A stretch of 39,831 bases of DNA from a virus (Duplodnaviria > Heunggongvirae > Uroviricota > Caudoviricetes), in the IMG/VR virus record IMGVR_UViG_3300037852_000238. One strand, written 5' to 3'. A program made the translations under genes and the position numbers. The notes under the pieces were generated by a model that worked only from the letters and a program-made list of their open reading frames with translations, was not told the origin of the DNA and searched no databases. Shown here one piece after another: positions 1-8,175 of the stretch; the stretch's first letter is position 1, and every line of letters begins with the position of its first letter.

Positions 1-15
1 CCCAGAGACCATCGG

Positions 16-261
16 TCACGACCGTTGCCCTTCTTGAATCACCTCACGGTCGCGGTGGACGTGCACCCCGCGGTAGGTCCCCTCGACGTGGAAATCGGCG
101 TCGGCCGCCGCGAGGATCGCCTCGGCCTCGGCCTCGGCCTGCTGCTGCCGCGCTCGGTCGCGGACCAACGCGATCATCTCGGCGGCGGTCTTCCGGCCGT
201 ACTCAGCCCAGCCGGCGGCACGCAAACCGGGGAGGTAGATGGCGGTCATGCGTTCGCTCAC
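16..261 (-). CDS. Hypothetical protein (81 aa)
   Basis: ORF track; GTGA overlap with the upstream small ORF; same strand as the operon. Confidence 0.7.
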   Translation of the reverse strand: MSERMTAIYLPGLRAAGWAEYGRKTAAEMIALVRDRARQQQAEAEAEAILAAADADFHVEGTYRGVHVHRDREVIQEGQRS

Positions 262-425
262 TTTTGCTTAACCGCAAGTGACTCTTTCACCCTCATCTCG
301 ACCTCCTTCGTCACAGACCGTCCGTTGCGCTTGGCCGCGAGAACTAACTTACGGTGCAGGCTGGCGGGCAGATAGACGTGCGTGTCAACCTTACCCTCTC
401 GAACCGAAGACCGGCTCATGGTCAT
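258..425 (-). CDS. Arc/Mnt-like ribbon-helix-helix DNA-binding protein (53-55 aa; absent from the ORF track)
   Basis: Hand translation (M)(T)MSRSSVREGKVDTHVYLPASLHRKLVLAAKRNGRSVTKEVEMRVKESLAVKQK. The VYLP...AKRNGRSV..E...RV.ES pattern matches P22 Arc. It fills the gap exactly, with ATGA and GTGA overlaps. Confidence 0.8.
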   Translation of the reverse strand: MTMSRSSVREGKVDTHVYLPASLHRKLVLAAKRNGRSVTKEVEMRVKESLAVKQK

Positions 426-616
426 CGATCAACCTTCTGCTCACAATTGCCAGTCCCCGGCGCGACCGGGATCAACTGGAGGTGGAGGCCCATCACGCTG
501 GCCACCGCGCGCAGCTTAGCGGCGTGCTCCTCGCAGACGCCAACCTCGTCGCGACCGGGCCAGGTGCAGCGGTAGGCGGCGGGGTGGGTACAGAGGGTGG
601 TGCCGTCGGTCGCCAT
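422..616 (-). CDS. Small Cys/His-containing hypothetical protein (64 aa)
   Basis: ORF track; coupled to neighbours (TAATG, ATGA). Confidence 0.65.
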   Translation of the reverse strand: MATDGTTLCTHPAAYRCTWPGRDEVGVCEEHAAKLRAVASVMGLHLQLIPVAPGTGNCEQKVDR

Positions 617-888
617 TAAGATATGACCTGAAATAAGTGAAACACCAATTCACCGCCTTCGAGCAGTACGGTGCCAATGTAGCGGCGCCGGTCCGGCGGG
701 TCTTCCAACGGGTGGCCGGTGCCGGCGAGGCGGAAATGTACGGTACTTAGTGGCGCGCTCGGGTCGACCTCGCTCCACAACGTCATACGGCCGCGCTGAA
801 CCGCGAAGTGGAGCGGTAGGGCGTCGGGCAAGTCTAGCGTAAACTCGTCCCGGAGCGGGATCGGCGTCTTCCAGACGGTGCGCATCAC
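616..888 (-). CDS. Conserved phage hypothetical protein (about 90 aa, VWKTPI...LWSEVDP...GTGHP...YIGT type)
   Basis: Start trimmed from 1005 to GTG 888/ATG 885, which overlaps the upstream stop. The motif pattern is familiar from small phage proteins. Confidence 0.75.
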   Translation of the reverse strand: MMRTVWKTPIPLRDEFTLDLPDALPLHFAVQRGRMTLWSEVDPSAPLSTVHFRLAGTGHPLEDPPDRRRYIGTVLLEGGELVFHLFQVIS

Positions 889-1481
889 GCCGCCTCCCGC
901 AGCGCCGCCAGGCGCGCGTTGAGGTCGTCGAGCTTGGCCGCCGGGAGATGGACCGCGGCCGGGGCGAGCAGCTCCTGCGGTAGCGCGCGGTAAGCCTCCG
1001 GCCAATCCTCAGCCAGGCGCTCGACGGTCGTGAAGCCGGCGAGCGTGCCGGCGAGCTGCTGGGCGAGGGAGGTCAACTCGGTGTGAAGGTCGCAGCGGGC
1101 CTGGAATAAGTCGACAACCTCCGGCCAGAACCGACCGAAGTCGTTCTTTGACCAAGATCGCATGAAGGCGTTGGGCAGCGGTACCGCCTCGGCCAGCTCG
1201 ATGTGCTTATCGGGCTTAGTGTAGCTGTAGCGATGGTCGTTAACGACGTAGCGCGGCAACGTGGTGTCGCACCCATAGATCTGTATTCGTTTATGGACGT
1301 CCACCCATCCTTCCGGCAGCGCGCGGCAGCGCGCGAACACGTCGTCGCCGAAACGAGCCTTGGTCGCGCGCAGCGCCAGCGCGTTCTCGCGGCGCTTGAG
1401 TACGGCCTCGCGGGCCGTGCGGCCGGGGGCGAGCAGGCGATCGACGATCACGGTGCGGTGAGACTTTAGGAGCTTGGTCAT
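885..1481 (-). CDS. Nmad5-like (nucleotide-modification-associated domain 5) protein
   Basis: ALPEGW motif and C-terminal LAGFTTVERLAEDWPEA..LP...LPA...LN pattern resemble the Nmad5 family (recalled, not searched). Confidence 0.55.
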   Translation of the reverse strand: MTKLLKSHRTVIVDRLLAPGRTAREAVLKRRENALALRATKARFGDDVFARCRALPEGWVDVHKRIQIYGCDTTLPRYVVNDHRYSYTKPDKHIELAEAVPLPNAFMRSWSKNDFGRFWPEVVDLFQARCDLHTELTSLAQQLAGTLAGFTTVERLAEDWPEAYRALPQELLAPAAVHLPAAKLDDLNARLAALREAA

Positions 1482-1484
1482 GGA

Positions 1485-1733
1485 TCAGTCCCTCGATAGG
1501 TGAAATGGCGAGAACATCGGTTTCCAGCCGCTTAACGAACCCTTCTCGCGCGTGGGCGGCGGGTCGCGGCTTAGCAACCCCCAAATGGGTCGCCCCTGTA
1601 CGGGCAAGACGATCGTTTCATCAACGACGCGAAACTCCATGTTGCTGAGCTTGGGCGCGCCGGGCGGCCGCGGATAAAGCCGCTGGACGACGATCTGGGC
1701 CGCGGAAGGGAGTTCGGAATACGGCTTGAACAT
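1485..1733 (-). CDS. Hypothetical protein (82 aa)
   Basis: ORF track; fits the operon spacing. Confidence 0.6.
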   Translation of the reverse strand: MFKPYSELPSAAQIVVQRLYPRPPGAPKLSNMEFRVVDETIVLPVQGRPIWGLLSRDPPPTREKGSLSGWKPMFSPFHLSRD

Positions 1734-1734
1734 T

Positions 1735-2208
1735 TCACGTCACCTCCGCGCGCCAGACGAGCTTTTCCTCGCCGTTGTGCTTGGTCCGCACCAGGCGGTA
1801 GTCGCTCGCGGCCTCGATTCTTCGCACCGCCGCCAGCACGCGGCGCAGCTCGTCGTCGGGTTCGGCCTCGCGGTGCCGACGCGCCAGAGCCTCGGCCGCC
1901 AGGAGAACAACCGGCCGGGCGCGGCCGTCGCGCAGCATCTCGGCGTAGGCGCCGCGGGAGTAACCCAGGACGAGGGAGAACTCCTGCGGGTCCAGGCCAA
2001 GCTCGGCGCGGAGGGGCTCGACCTCGGCGACGGGGATGAGGTTTATGGGGCGACGGACCTTGGAGACGGCAACGATCTTCCCACCGTCGAGCTCCGGGGT
2101 CGAGGGCGAGACGACCTTGTCGCCGACCTTCATCGCTCCGGTGTCCACCGGCGTTATCCAGTTCGGCCCCGGCTTCACGGGCCGCCAATTGCCCTCATCG
2201 TCGCGCAT
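1735..2208 (-). CDS. Putative HTH DNA-binding protein (157 aa)
   Basis: Central LRAELGLDPQEFSLVLGYSRGAYAEM segment resembles an XRE-type HTH; TGATG coupling. Confidence 0.55.
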   Translation of the reverse strand: MRDDEGNWRPVKPGPNWITPVDTGAMKVGDKVVSPSTPELDGGKIVAVSKVRRPINLIPVAEVEPLRAELGLDPQEFSLVLGYSRGAYAEMLRDGRARPVVLLAAEALARRHREAEPDDELRRVLAAVRRIEAASDYRLVRTKHNGEEKLVWRAEVT

Positions 2209-2669
2209 CAGACGCTCTCGAAGGCCGGCTGGCCGTAGGTGAACGGCCGCAGGTCCTCGTACAGCTCGGCCGTGGTCCGCGGGCCGTGCATCTCCAGCGC
2301 GGCCAATATGTCCGTAACCAGGCGTTGGCGTTGACTGGCGGGCTTGGCGTCCGGGTACTTGTGCGCCGGCGGCTCTTCGTGCGACGTTATCATCTCGGCG
2401 GCTCCGTTGGACAGCATCGGGGTCATCTCCTCCAGGGTTCGCTTAGGACGGGTCGAGTGCGCGGGCGCGGGGCCGAGCTCGGCGCGCAGATCGCGCTTCT
2501 TCACGCGGAGCCAGTTCAGGTCGCCGAGGCTCAGCGGCAGGGTCGCGCGGCGCGGCTGGCCGGCGTAGGTGAAGGTCAGCGCGGCGTGCTTGCCGCCGGG
2601 GGTGACTAGGGCGTCGTTCACGGCGTAAGTGTCCCGGAGCCAGGCTAGGAGGTCGCGGTGGTGTTTCAC
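2208..2669 (-). CDS. Hypothetical protein (153 aa); N-terminal GGKH beta-hairpin module, possible C-terminal winged helix
   Basis: ORF track; GTGA overlap; motifs by eye. Confidence 0.6.
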   Translation of the reverse strand: MKHHRDLLAWLRDTYAVNDALVTPGGKHAALTFTYAGQPRRATLPLSLGDLNWLRVKKRDLRAELGPAPAHSTRPKRTLEEMTPMLSNGAAEMITSHEEPPAHKYPDAKPASQRQRLVTDILAALEMHGPRTTAELYEDLRPFTYGQPAFESV

Positions 2670-3172
2670 GACAATTTCCCCCGCACCGGCGCGAAGACGT
2701 TAGGGTGACCGCCCACGCGGCGTGCGACCGGGTGCTTCGGCCCGTACTGCCGAGCCTCGGTCAGCAGGTAGTCGAGCCGGGCGAACCAGGAGGGCTCGCG
2801 GCCGACCGTCGCCGAGGTGCGGTGAACGAGGAACTCGACGTGCTCGACGATCTGGTTTAGTAGTACGACGACCTCTTGGCGTTCGTCCTCGGCGTCGGTC
2901 CCCGTGACGCCGCCGTCTTCGATAGACTCGCTGAGGTGCTTCTCAAGATCGTCGCTCTCCTTCGGTGGGATGAAGGTCAGCGCGTCGCGGAGGTTCCGAT
3001 TCTCGGCTTCGGCGTTGTCGTAGTCCTCCTTGAGCCGACCGCCGAGGTCGGCGATCACGGCTTCAACCGCCCGCGCGCAGCGCAGTTCGGCCTCGGCGCG
3101 GGAGAGCACGGGCGGGGCGTCGAACAGGGCGACGCGGGCGCGGGCTTTGGGGGTCATCAGTCTGATCCTCAA
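2666..3172 (-). CDS. Hypothetical protein with coiled-coil segment (168 aa)
   Basis: ORF track; ATGA overlap with the upstream membrane gene. Confidence 0.65.
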   Translation of the reverse strand: MRIRLMTPKARARVALFDAPPVLSRAEAELRCARAVEAVIADLGGRLKEDYDNAEAENRNLRDALTFIPPKESDDLEKHLSESIEDGGVTGTDAEDERQEVVVLLNQIVEHVEFLVHRTSATVGREPSWFARLDYLLTEARQYGPKHPVARRVGGHPNVFAPVRGKLS

Positions 3173-3456
3173 ATCATCGTCTTAATGAGCCAGCCCAGCG
3201 CGAGCGCGGCTAGCGGACCCACCAGCATGGAAAATACAGCGTACCCCAGATCAAACGGGTCGCTCTCACGTTTTCCGCTGGTTACTATGAGCATTGTTCC
3301 GACTAGAGCGAGCCCGCAAAAGGTACGGAACGAAATGACGCCCCAAGCTGGCGGTGCGAACCAGCCATACAACGCCGCCGCAACGTAAGCGCGCCAAAGA
3401 ATCACTGGCGTTATCAGAATAAGACCGGCAATCAAGTTCTTCCCGCGATCGGTCAC
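3169..3456 (-). CDS. Small integral membrane protein (about 95 aa, 3 predicted TM segments)
   Basis: Start trimmed from 3540 to GTG 3456 (GTGA overlap, GGAG upstream). Hydrophobic stretches; lower GC than its neighbours. Confidence 0.75.
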   Translation of the reverse strand: MTDRGKNLIAGLILITPVILWRAYVAAALYGWFAPPAWGVISFRTFCGLALVGTMLIVTSGKRESDPFDLGYAVFSMLVGPLAALALGWLIKTMI

Positions 3457-3884
3457 GGTAACTCCTCCCTTACGGTGCCGTCCGGCGCGATGATCGTTAT
3501 CGGCTTCCCCATCCTCCGCGCTGCCCGTACCGTCATCCACGTGCTCCCCGCGCGACGGCGAGACGGCTCAACAAGCTCGGCCGGCAGCGCCACTAGGGCG
3601 TCCGCGCGGCGGACGATTACGAGGTTGCGCTTAAGGGGCGGGGCTGGAGGATAGACCATGCGCATCTTGGCGAGCCAGAACGCCTCGCGGGTCGCGTCGG
3701 AGGGGTAGACGACGATCGACATGGCCGGCAGGAAGCGTACCGCCACGCCGTCGGCCTGCTCGTCCGCGCCGCGCGCGCCGCCGTGGACGAAGACGCTCGG
3801 GTTCCAGCGCGGGAAGGCCTCGGAGAACGCGGCGAGCTGGGCCGGGGTAGCGCCGCGGCGGGTGCCGGTGAAGGCGAGGATCAT
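3453..3884 (-). CDS. SLOG-superfamily protein (DUF2493/YpsA-like)
   Basis: LAFTGTR, VHGGARGAD, LKRN..IV..AD.LVA and GSTW.TVR.ARR.GKP motifs are typical of SLOG. Confidence 0.8.
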   Translation of the reverse strand: MILAFTGTRRGATPAQLAAFSEAFPRWNPSVFVHGGARGADEQADGVAVRFLPAMSIVVYPSDATREAFWLAKMRMVYPPAPPLKRNLVIVRRADALVALPAELVEPSRRRAGSTWMTVRAARRMGKPITIIAPDGTVREELP

Positions 3885-4360
3885 CGCAGGAGCGACCCGA
3901 GGAGATCAAAGATGCTGCCGCCCTCGGCGACCGGCTCCTCGCCCAACAGATCCCGGATCTGGGCCTGGTGAACTGGGTCATTCCACGCTAAAGCTGCGGC
4001 CTTATGAAGTACGCCGCTGGGCGTCTCATGCGTCAAGGCTGCGCACTCGAACGGCTTGCCCTGCTCGTGGACGGCACAGAGCCCCGTCCTCCCATAGAAG
4101 ATACAACCCCGGGGCGGGTCGTACGAGTTAACTGCCCCAGCAGTGAGTGCGGATGAAGCCGGCATCAAGACAAATACGTCCTCTCCGCCGGTCTCCTCGG
4201 TGCCGACCCACCAGTCCACGGCTAGGGAAGTCTGAAATAGCTCGCGCAGCGAGACACCGCGGGCGGCAGCCAGGATCTCGCCCTCGCCGGGTAGGAACCA
4301 GCCGGGGCGCTTACAGGCGGACTTGCAGCCGCTGCAGGAGCACTCGAACTCGGGCTTCAT
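3881..4360 (-). CDS. Cys-cluster protein (YkgJ / CxxCxxCC-like, Zn or Fe-S binding)
   Basis: CSCSGCKSAC...PG at the N-terminus and CIF...LC.VHE..KP.EC near the C-terminus. Confidence 0.65.
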   Translation of the reverse strand: MKPEFECSCSGCKSACKRPGWFLPGEGEILAAARGVSLRELFQTSLAVDWWVGTEETGGEDVFVLMPASSALTAGAVNSYDPPRGCIFYGRTGLCAVHEQGKPFECAALTHETPSGVLHKAAALAWNDPVHQAQIRDLLGEEPVAEGGSIFDLLGSLLR

Positions 4361-4554
4361 GGTAAACCTGCCAGGATCGCGTGCACCTTATCCGCGACGA
4401 GGTGAAACGGCGCGTCGATTATGGCCTCGGCCAGGCGGCGCCGGCCGCGCGGCGCGGCGGCGGTGGCGAAGATCACGAGGACACCGGCGCTGACCGGGGC
4501 GAGCAGGGCGTAGGTGGCGGTGTGGGGGAGGACGATGCGGGCGGGTTGGGTCAC
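4357..4554 (-). CDS. Hypothetical protein (65 aa)
   Basis: ORF track; overlaps with both neighbours. Confidence 0.55.
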   Translation of the reverse strand: MTQPARIVLPHTATYALLAPVSAGVLVIFATAAAPRGRRRLAEAIIDAPFHLVADKVHAILAGLP

Positions 4555-4712
4555 GGCCGCGCGTCCCGCAGCATCCGCCGCGACTTCTCGCGCCAGACGA
4601 AATCGGTCTCGGCGGCGGTCACGGGCAGGCGGCGCACGATCCGCTTGCTGAGGCGGCGGTACTTCGCTTCGGGGGTCTCGGGGCGCTTGCGGCGCGTCAC
4701 GCGGGCGGTCAT
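4551..4712 (-). CDS. Small basic hypothetical protein (53 aa; absent from the ORF track)
   Basis: Hand translation MTARVTRRKRPETPEAKYRRLSKRIVRRLPVTAAETDFVWREKSRRMLRDARP. GAGGAG RBS at 4720-4725, directly downstream of promoter copy 1. Confidence 0.75.
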   Translation of the reverse strand: MTARVTRRKRPETPEAKYRRLSKRIVRRLPVTAAETDFVWREKSRRMLRDARP

Positions 4713-4778
4713 CGCGAGTCTCCTCGGTTGAGCGGCGCTATCTTACGCGTGGGATGCGGCGAAGTAAATAGGTAATTT
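4710..4778 (-). promoter_or_regulatory. Early promoter/leader element, copy 1
   Basis: Minus strand: TTTACT (4768-4763), 17 nt, TAAGAT (4745-4740), then AACCGAGGAGACTCGCGATG. Near-identical copies at about 8100-8165 and 12757-12824. Confidence 0.8.
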
Positions 4779-4781
4779 AGG

Positions 4782-5381
4782 TCACCGAAGCTGGAGTCGC
4801 TCGAACAGGTCCGCGAGGTAGGCGTACCCGTCGTCGTTCCCGCGAAGCGTTAGTACGGCGGTACGGGGACCCGCGACTTGGACAAAGCCGTGCGCGCCAT
4901 GCGCTACGGTATCACCCGTGGAATAATCGAACCGCTCTGGCCAGATCCCGACACGGTGCAGATCTTCTGCTGCCAGGCCGTTGGCCGTGGCGACCGTAGC
5001 CACGGTTTCGCGGAGCCACCGGCCAAGCTCGGTCGCACGCAAAGCCTCGCGGACAATCGCCGCGCCGGTCGCGTCAGGCTCACACTCCAACGCGGCGAAA
5101 CCCTTGTGGAGCCGGCGCGCGACGTCTTCGATCTCGACGTCCACGTCCGGGCAACCATAGTAATCGAGGTCCCTAGCGATCTCTCTCACCGCCCTAACGC
5201 CGTCACACAGCTTGGCGTACGCCGCAGCAAGGCAATCGGCCCGGCTCTCGGCACAACGCGCGCGGAGTTCCTCCGCCTCACGTTGAAGGACGCGGATCAA
5301 GACCGCTGCTTCGGCGGCTAGGGAGATACCGAGATCACCAGCGGCATCTAACTTCTCTAAGAACCTGTCGTAGATCATCAT
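4782..5381 (-). CDS. Hypothetical protein (about 199 aa)
   Basis: Start trimmed from 5600 to ATG 5381 (ATGA overlap). The upstream extension is Pro/Arg-rich shadow sequence. Confidence 0.65.
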   Translation of the reverse strand: MMIYDRFLEKLDAAGDLGISLAAEAAVLIRVLQREAEELRARCAESRADCLAAAYAKLCDGVRAVREIARDLDYYGCPDVDVEIEDVARRLHKGFAALECEPDATGAAIVREALRATELGRWLRETVATVATANGLAAEDLHRVGIWPERFDYSTGDTVAHGAHGFVQVAGPRTAVLTLRGNDDGYAYLADLFERLQLR

Positions 5382-5662
5382 TTCACTCCGGTTAAGACGA
5401 CCTGCTCCGATGCCTCCGGTGCAGCCGCGTCGATCGCCGCCACCGTCGCCTCCAGCGCGGCCACGGCAGCGCGGTTCTGGGCCAGGGCCGCGGGGTCGTC
5501 GGGGTAGCTCTCGCGCGCCAGGTGGCCGAGGCGGCGGAGCTGGCGGCGGCACGCGGCGCGGACGTGGGGCCATGCGGACACCGCGAGCGCGATAGTGCAA
5601 GTGGTGTCCGTAGAGGAAATCTCCTCAGACTTGACCCACTTCTCTGGCCTAAAGGCATTCAT
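5378..5662 (-). CDS. Hypothetical protein (about 94 aa)
   Basis: ATG 5662 with GGGAGG RBS; ATGA overlaps. Confidence 0.7.
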   Translation of the reverse strand: MNAFRPEKWVKSEEISSTDTTCTIALAVSAWPHVRAACRRQLRRLGHLARESYPDDPAALAQNRAAVAALEATVAAIDAAAPEASEQVVLTGVK

Positions 5663-5832
5663 GTTGCCTCCCGCCACGCCATCCTCACCCAGCGCAGCAA
5701 GCGGTTCAGGCTCGCGTTAGGGCCGGGACGGACGTACTTCGCCCGGTAGCTCTCGGCGGTGTGCGTCGTCGCCTTCGGGTGGCCGAGGCCCTCGGGACGG
5801 GAGCCACGGTGGGCGTTTCGCTGGTGGCGCAT
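5659..5832 (-). CDS. Small basic hypothetical protein (57 aa; absent from the ORF track)
   Basis: Hand translation MRHQRNAHRGSRPEGLGHPKATTHTAESYRAKYVRPGPNASLNRLLRWVRMAWREAT. AGGAGA RBS; ATGA overlap downstream. Confidence 0.65.
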   Translation of the reverse strand: MRHQRNAHRGSRPEGLGHPKATTHTAESYRAKYVRPGPNASLNRLLRWVRMAWREAT

Positions 5833-5868
5833 TAATCTCGTCTCCTATTCAGTCAGGCCGACGGGGCA

Positions 5869-6093
5869 TCAAGCATCCAGCACGACGTGGACGTGGCCGG
5901 CATGCCTGGCGCAGGGCACGCGCTCGTCGGCGCCGGCCAGGAGCGGGTCACCCTGGCGGCGGATCTGCCAACCGTCGGCTGTTCCGCAAGGATAGGCAGA
6001 CTCGGCGAACACGATCACCTGCGCGTCGGAGTAGCCTTCGGGGACACAGATCTGGGCGTCGAGGGCGCCGGCGCGGAGGAGGGTGGCGGTCAC
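5869..6093 (-). CDS. Hypothetical protein (74 aa, several Cys/His)
   Basis: ORF track; GTG start overlaps the upstream stop. Confidence 0.7.
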   Translation of the reverse strand: MTATLLRAGALDAQICVPEGYSDAQVIVFAESAYPCGTADGWQIRRQGDPLLAGADERVPCARHAGHVHVVLDA

Positions 6094-6554
6094 TTAGAGG
6101 TTTCCTTCGGAGTAATAGCCCAGCTCGCGCGGACGCGGCAGCGGGCGGAGGGGTGCTCGGCGACCGGCGCGCCGAGCGGCACGCGGTTGTCAACGACGGT
6201 GTTGCGGTGCAGGGCGACGTAGTGGCCGGTGACGCAGACGATGCGAGGGAGGTCGTCGGTTAAGGAGGCGGCGAACTGGGTTAGCGTAAGACAATTACCG
6301 GCGGGCCAGCTGATCAGCGAGTAATCACCTAACGGTTCGACCGCATAACCGAACGCGGCGAGGGTTGCCTCCATCGCGCGCCAGCTCATGCCCGCAGGGC
6401 GGGGGCGGTTTTCACGGCGGCCGAGAGCGCGGTTGATCGCCGGACGGATCTTGGTCAAGTAATCCAGCCCGGTGACGGCGACCAGGGCTGCGGGGCCGCA
6501 GTACAGGTGTGCGGGGTGCGGGGTGTGGAGGGCGGTGTTGGGAATTAGGGTCAC
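6090..6554 (-). CDS. Papain-like / C39-like cysteine peptidase fold protein (about 154 aa)
   Basis: Start trimmed from 6758 to GTG 6554. YCGPAAL (catalytic Cys), GHYVAL (His) and VVDN (Asp) occur in the expected order. Confidence 0.6.
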   Translation of the reverse strand: MTLIPNTALHTPHPAHLYCGPAALVAVTGLDYLTKIRPAINRALGRRENRPRPAGMSWRAMEATLAAFGYAVEPLGDYSLISWPAGNCLTLTQFAASLTDDLPRIVCVTGHYVALHRNTVVDNRVPLGAPVAEHPSARCRVRASWAITPKETSK

Positions 6555-6751
6555 GGGATTGCCCTCTTCCGACGCGCGGCGAGCTTGCGGCGGCAGGCGA
6601 CGCAGTTGTCGGAGCTGTCGTCGTTGCCCTCCTCGGTCGCGCGGTTCGAGAGAAGCATCCACTTCCCACAGAGCGATCGACCGCCCGCGACGAAGTAGTG
6701 CCATTTCATCGCGTTCAATAGGTAAGCCCAGCCCTCCTTTTCGTCGGTCAT
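6551..6751 (-). CDS. Small Zn-binding phage protein (66 aa)
   Basis: KWHYF..GRSLCGKW...CVAC motif; ATGA and GTGA coupling. Confidence 0.75.
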   Translation of the reverse strand: MTDEKEGWAYLLNAMKWHYFVAGGRSLCGKWMLLSNRATEEGNDDSSDNCVACRRKLAARRKRAIP

Positions 6752-7080
6752 AATGCACCGTGCTGGCGCAGGATCTCGTCGCCGACCGTCGGCGGGGCGA
6801 GGCCGGCGGCGCTGGCGAGTGGGAGGCGCTGAACTAAGATACGGTCATCGCGCCACTCCTCGGGGTAACGGTGGGCGCGGGCGAGGACGCCTAGCCGGGT
6901 CAGCGCGCGGACGGTGGGGGTGAGGGCGTACCAGCGCGGGGTATCGGGGCGGCCGTCTTTGTAGGGGCAGCCGGGGTAGGTCCAGAAGCCGCCGGGGAGG
7001 CGGACCAGGCGCGCGGCGTTGACCGGCGCGAGATCGCGGAGGTCGGCTAGGATTGCGGCTTGAGTGGGGGAGAGTTTCAC
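6748..7080 (-). CDS. Hypothetical protein (110 aa)
   Basis: ORF track; coupled to neighbours. Confidence 0.65.
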   Translation of the reverse strand: MKLSPTQAAILADLRDLAPVNAARLVRLPGGFWTYPGCPYKDGRPDTPRWYALTPTVRALTRLGVLARAHRYPEEWRDDRILVQRLPLASAAGLAPPTVGDEILRQHGAL

Positions 7081-7334
7081 GGTGTGATCTCTCCCGCCAG
7101 AACGTGCCGCTCGTCTTCCTGGAGCCGTTCTAGCTCCTCGCGGAAAAGAGCGAGCGTCAGAGGACCGGCGGCGATCGGCCTGTTAGGCGCGAAGATTTCA
7201 AGATCAGGGTAGGTCTTACGGACCAGCTGCGCGCTGCGCTGCGATCGCTTTTGACGAAGTGCTGAAACCTGCTCGTATAGCACCCAAAACTCGTCACCGT
7301 CGGTCTCGGTGAACTGGATCTTACCGCGCGACAT
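7077..7334 (-). CDS. Hypothetical protein (85 aa)
   Basis: ORF track; TAATG coupling and GAGGAGG upstream. Confidence 0.65.
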   Translation of the reverse strand: MSRGKIQFTETDGDEFWVLYEQVSALRQKRSQRSAQLVRKTYPDLEIFAPNRPIAAGPLTLALFREELERLQEDERHVLAGEITP

Positions 7335-7804
7335 TATGCGGCCTCCTCGACCGGGCGCCAGGCGGCGAGCCGCGCCTGGCAGCGCGCGATCTCCGTCACG
7401 AGAGACTTGATCTCGCTCTCGTCGTTGTAGGCCGCGGCGAGGTAGAGCGTGACGTAGGCGCGCGGCGTGTAGTTCGGGCGAGCGGTCGCCGGGTCGAAGC
7501 CCTCGGGGCGCGGGATCTCGATCGAGCCCTCCCTATCGCGCCACGAGTTGGACCAGCGAAAAGTCAGCGTCGCGGGCGGGTCGGAGCGGAGGCTCAAAAG
7601 GTGCTTCCGCGTACGGACCTCCCAGTCGACCAACATCTCGATGTAGGGCGACAGCGCGTCGGAGGCGACCTCGTACGGCCGATAGCGCGCGCCGAAGCAG
7701 GAGCGCGTCTGAAAGTGCATCTGGTGCGGGCGCTGGTAGCCGTGGTGCGCGATCAGGCCGGTAGTGGCCTTGATCGGGCGTTCGCAGATCTGGCAGGCGG
7801 TCAT
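7334..7804 (-). CDS. Conserved phage hypothetical protein with CQIC...HHGY.RP...SC motif (about 156 aa)
   Basis: Start trimmed from 7822 to ATG 7804 (TAATG overlap); probable Zn-binding N-terminus. Confidence 0.75.
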   Translation of the reverse strand: MTACQICERPIKATTGLIAHHGYQRPHQMHFQTRSCFGARYRPYEVASDALSPYIEMLVDWEVRTRKHLLSLRSDPPATLTFRWSNSWRDREGSIEIPRPEGFDPATARPNYTPRAYVTLYLAAAYNDESEIKSLVTEIARCQARLAAWRPVEEAA

Positions 7805-8100
7805 TATAACGTCACTTCCCACATCCGGTTAAGGCGCGGATGCTTGGCGTTGGGGACGCCCTCGACCTTGAAGCCCAAGACTTTGAAAGTCGTCATGGCG
7901 TCGTTATGGTTGGTCGGAAAGCGGATATAAACCGGCCCCAACGTGTCGTCGAAAATGTGATCTCGGATCACCGACACCAGGTGGGATACCGACTGGCGGC
8001 CGGTCGGGCACGCAGCGAGATGGTCGAGAATGTAACCCTGAAGAAGGTCGACCTGCGCGTCGGTTAGGGCCAGGTCGCTATTCCAAAGGCTGATAATCAT
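7804..8100 (-). CDS. Hypothetical protein (98 aa), possible winged helix
   Basis: ATG directly follows promoter/leader copy 2; lower GC. Confidence 0.75.
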   Translation of the reverse strand: MIISLWNSDLALTDAQVDLLQGYILDHLAACPTGRQSVSHLVSVIRDHIFDDTLGPVYIRFPTNHNDAMTTFKVLGFKVEGVPNAKHPRLNRMWEVTL

Positions 8101-8165
8101 CGCGAGTCTCCTCGGTTCAACGGAGGAAGCTTACGCGCTTTCGGCGGCGGAGTAAATAGCTAATT
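8098..8165 (-). promoter_or_regulatory. Early promoter/leader element, copy 2
   Basis: TTTACT (8156-8151), 17 nt, TAAGCT (8133-8128), then AACCGAGGAGACTCGCGATG. Confidence 0.8.
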
Positions 8166-8175
8166 TGCCGGGCGT

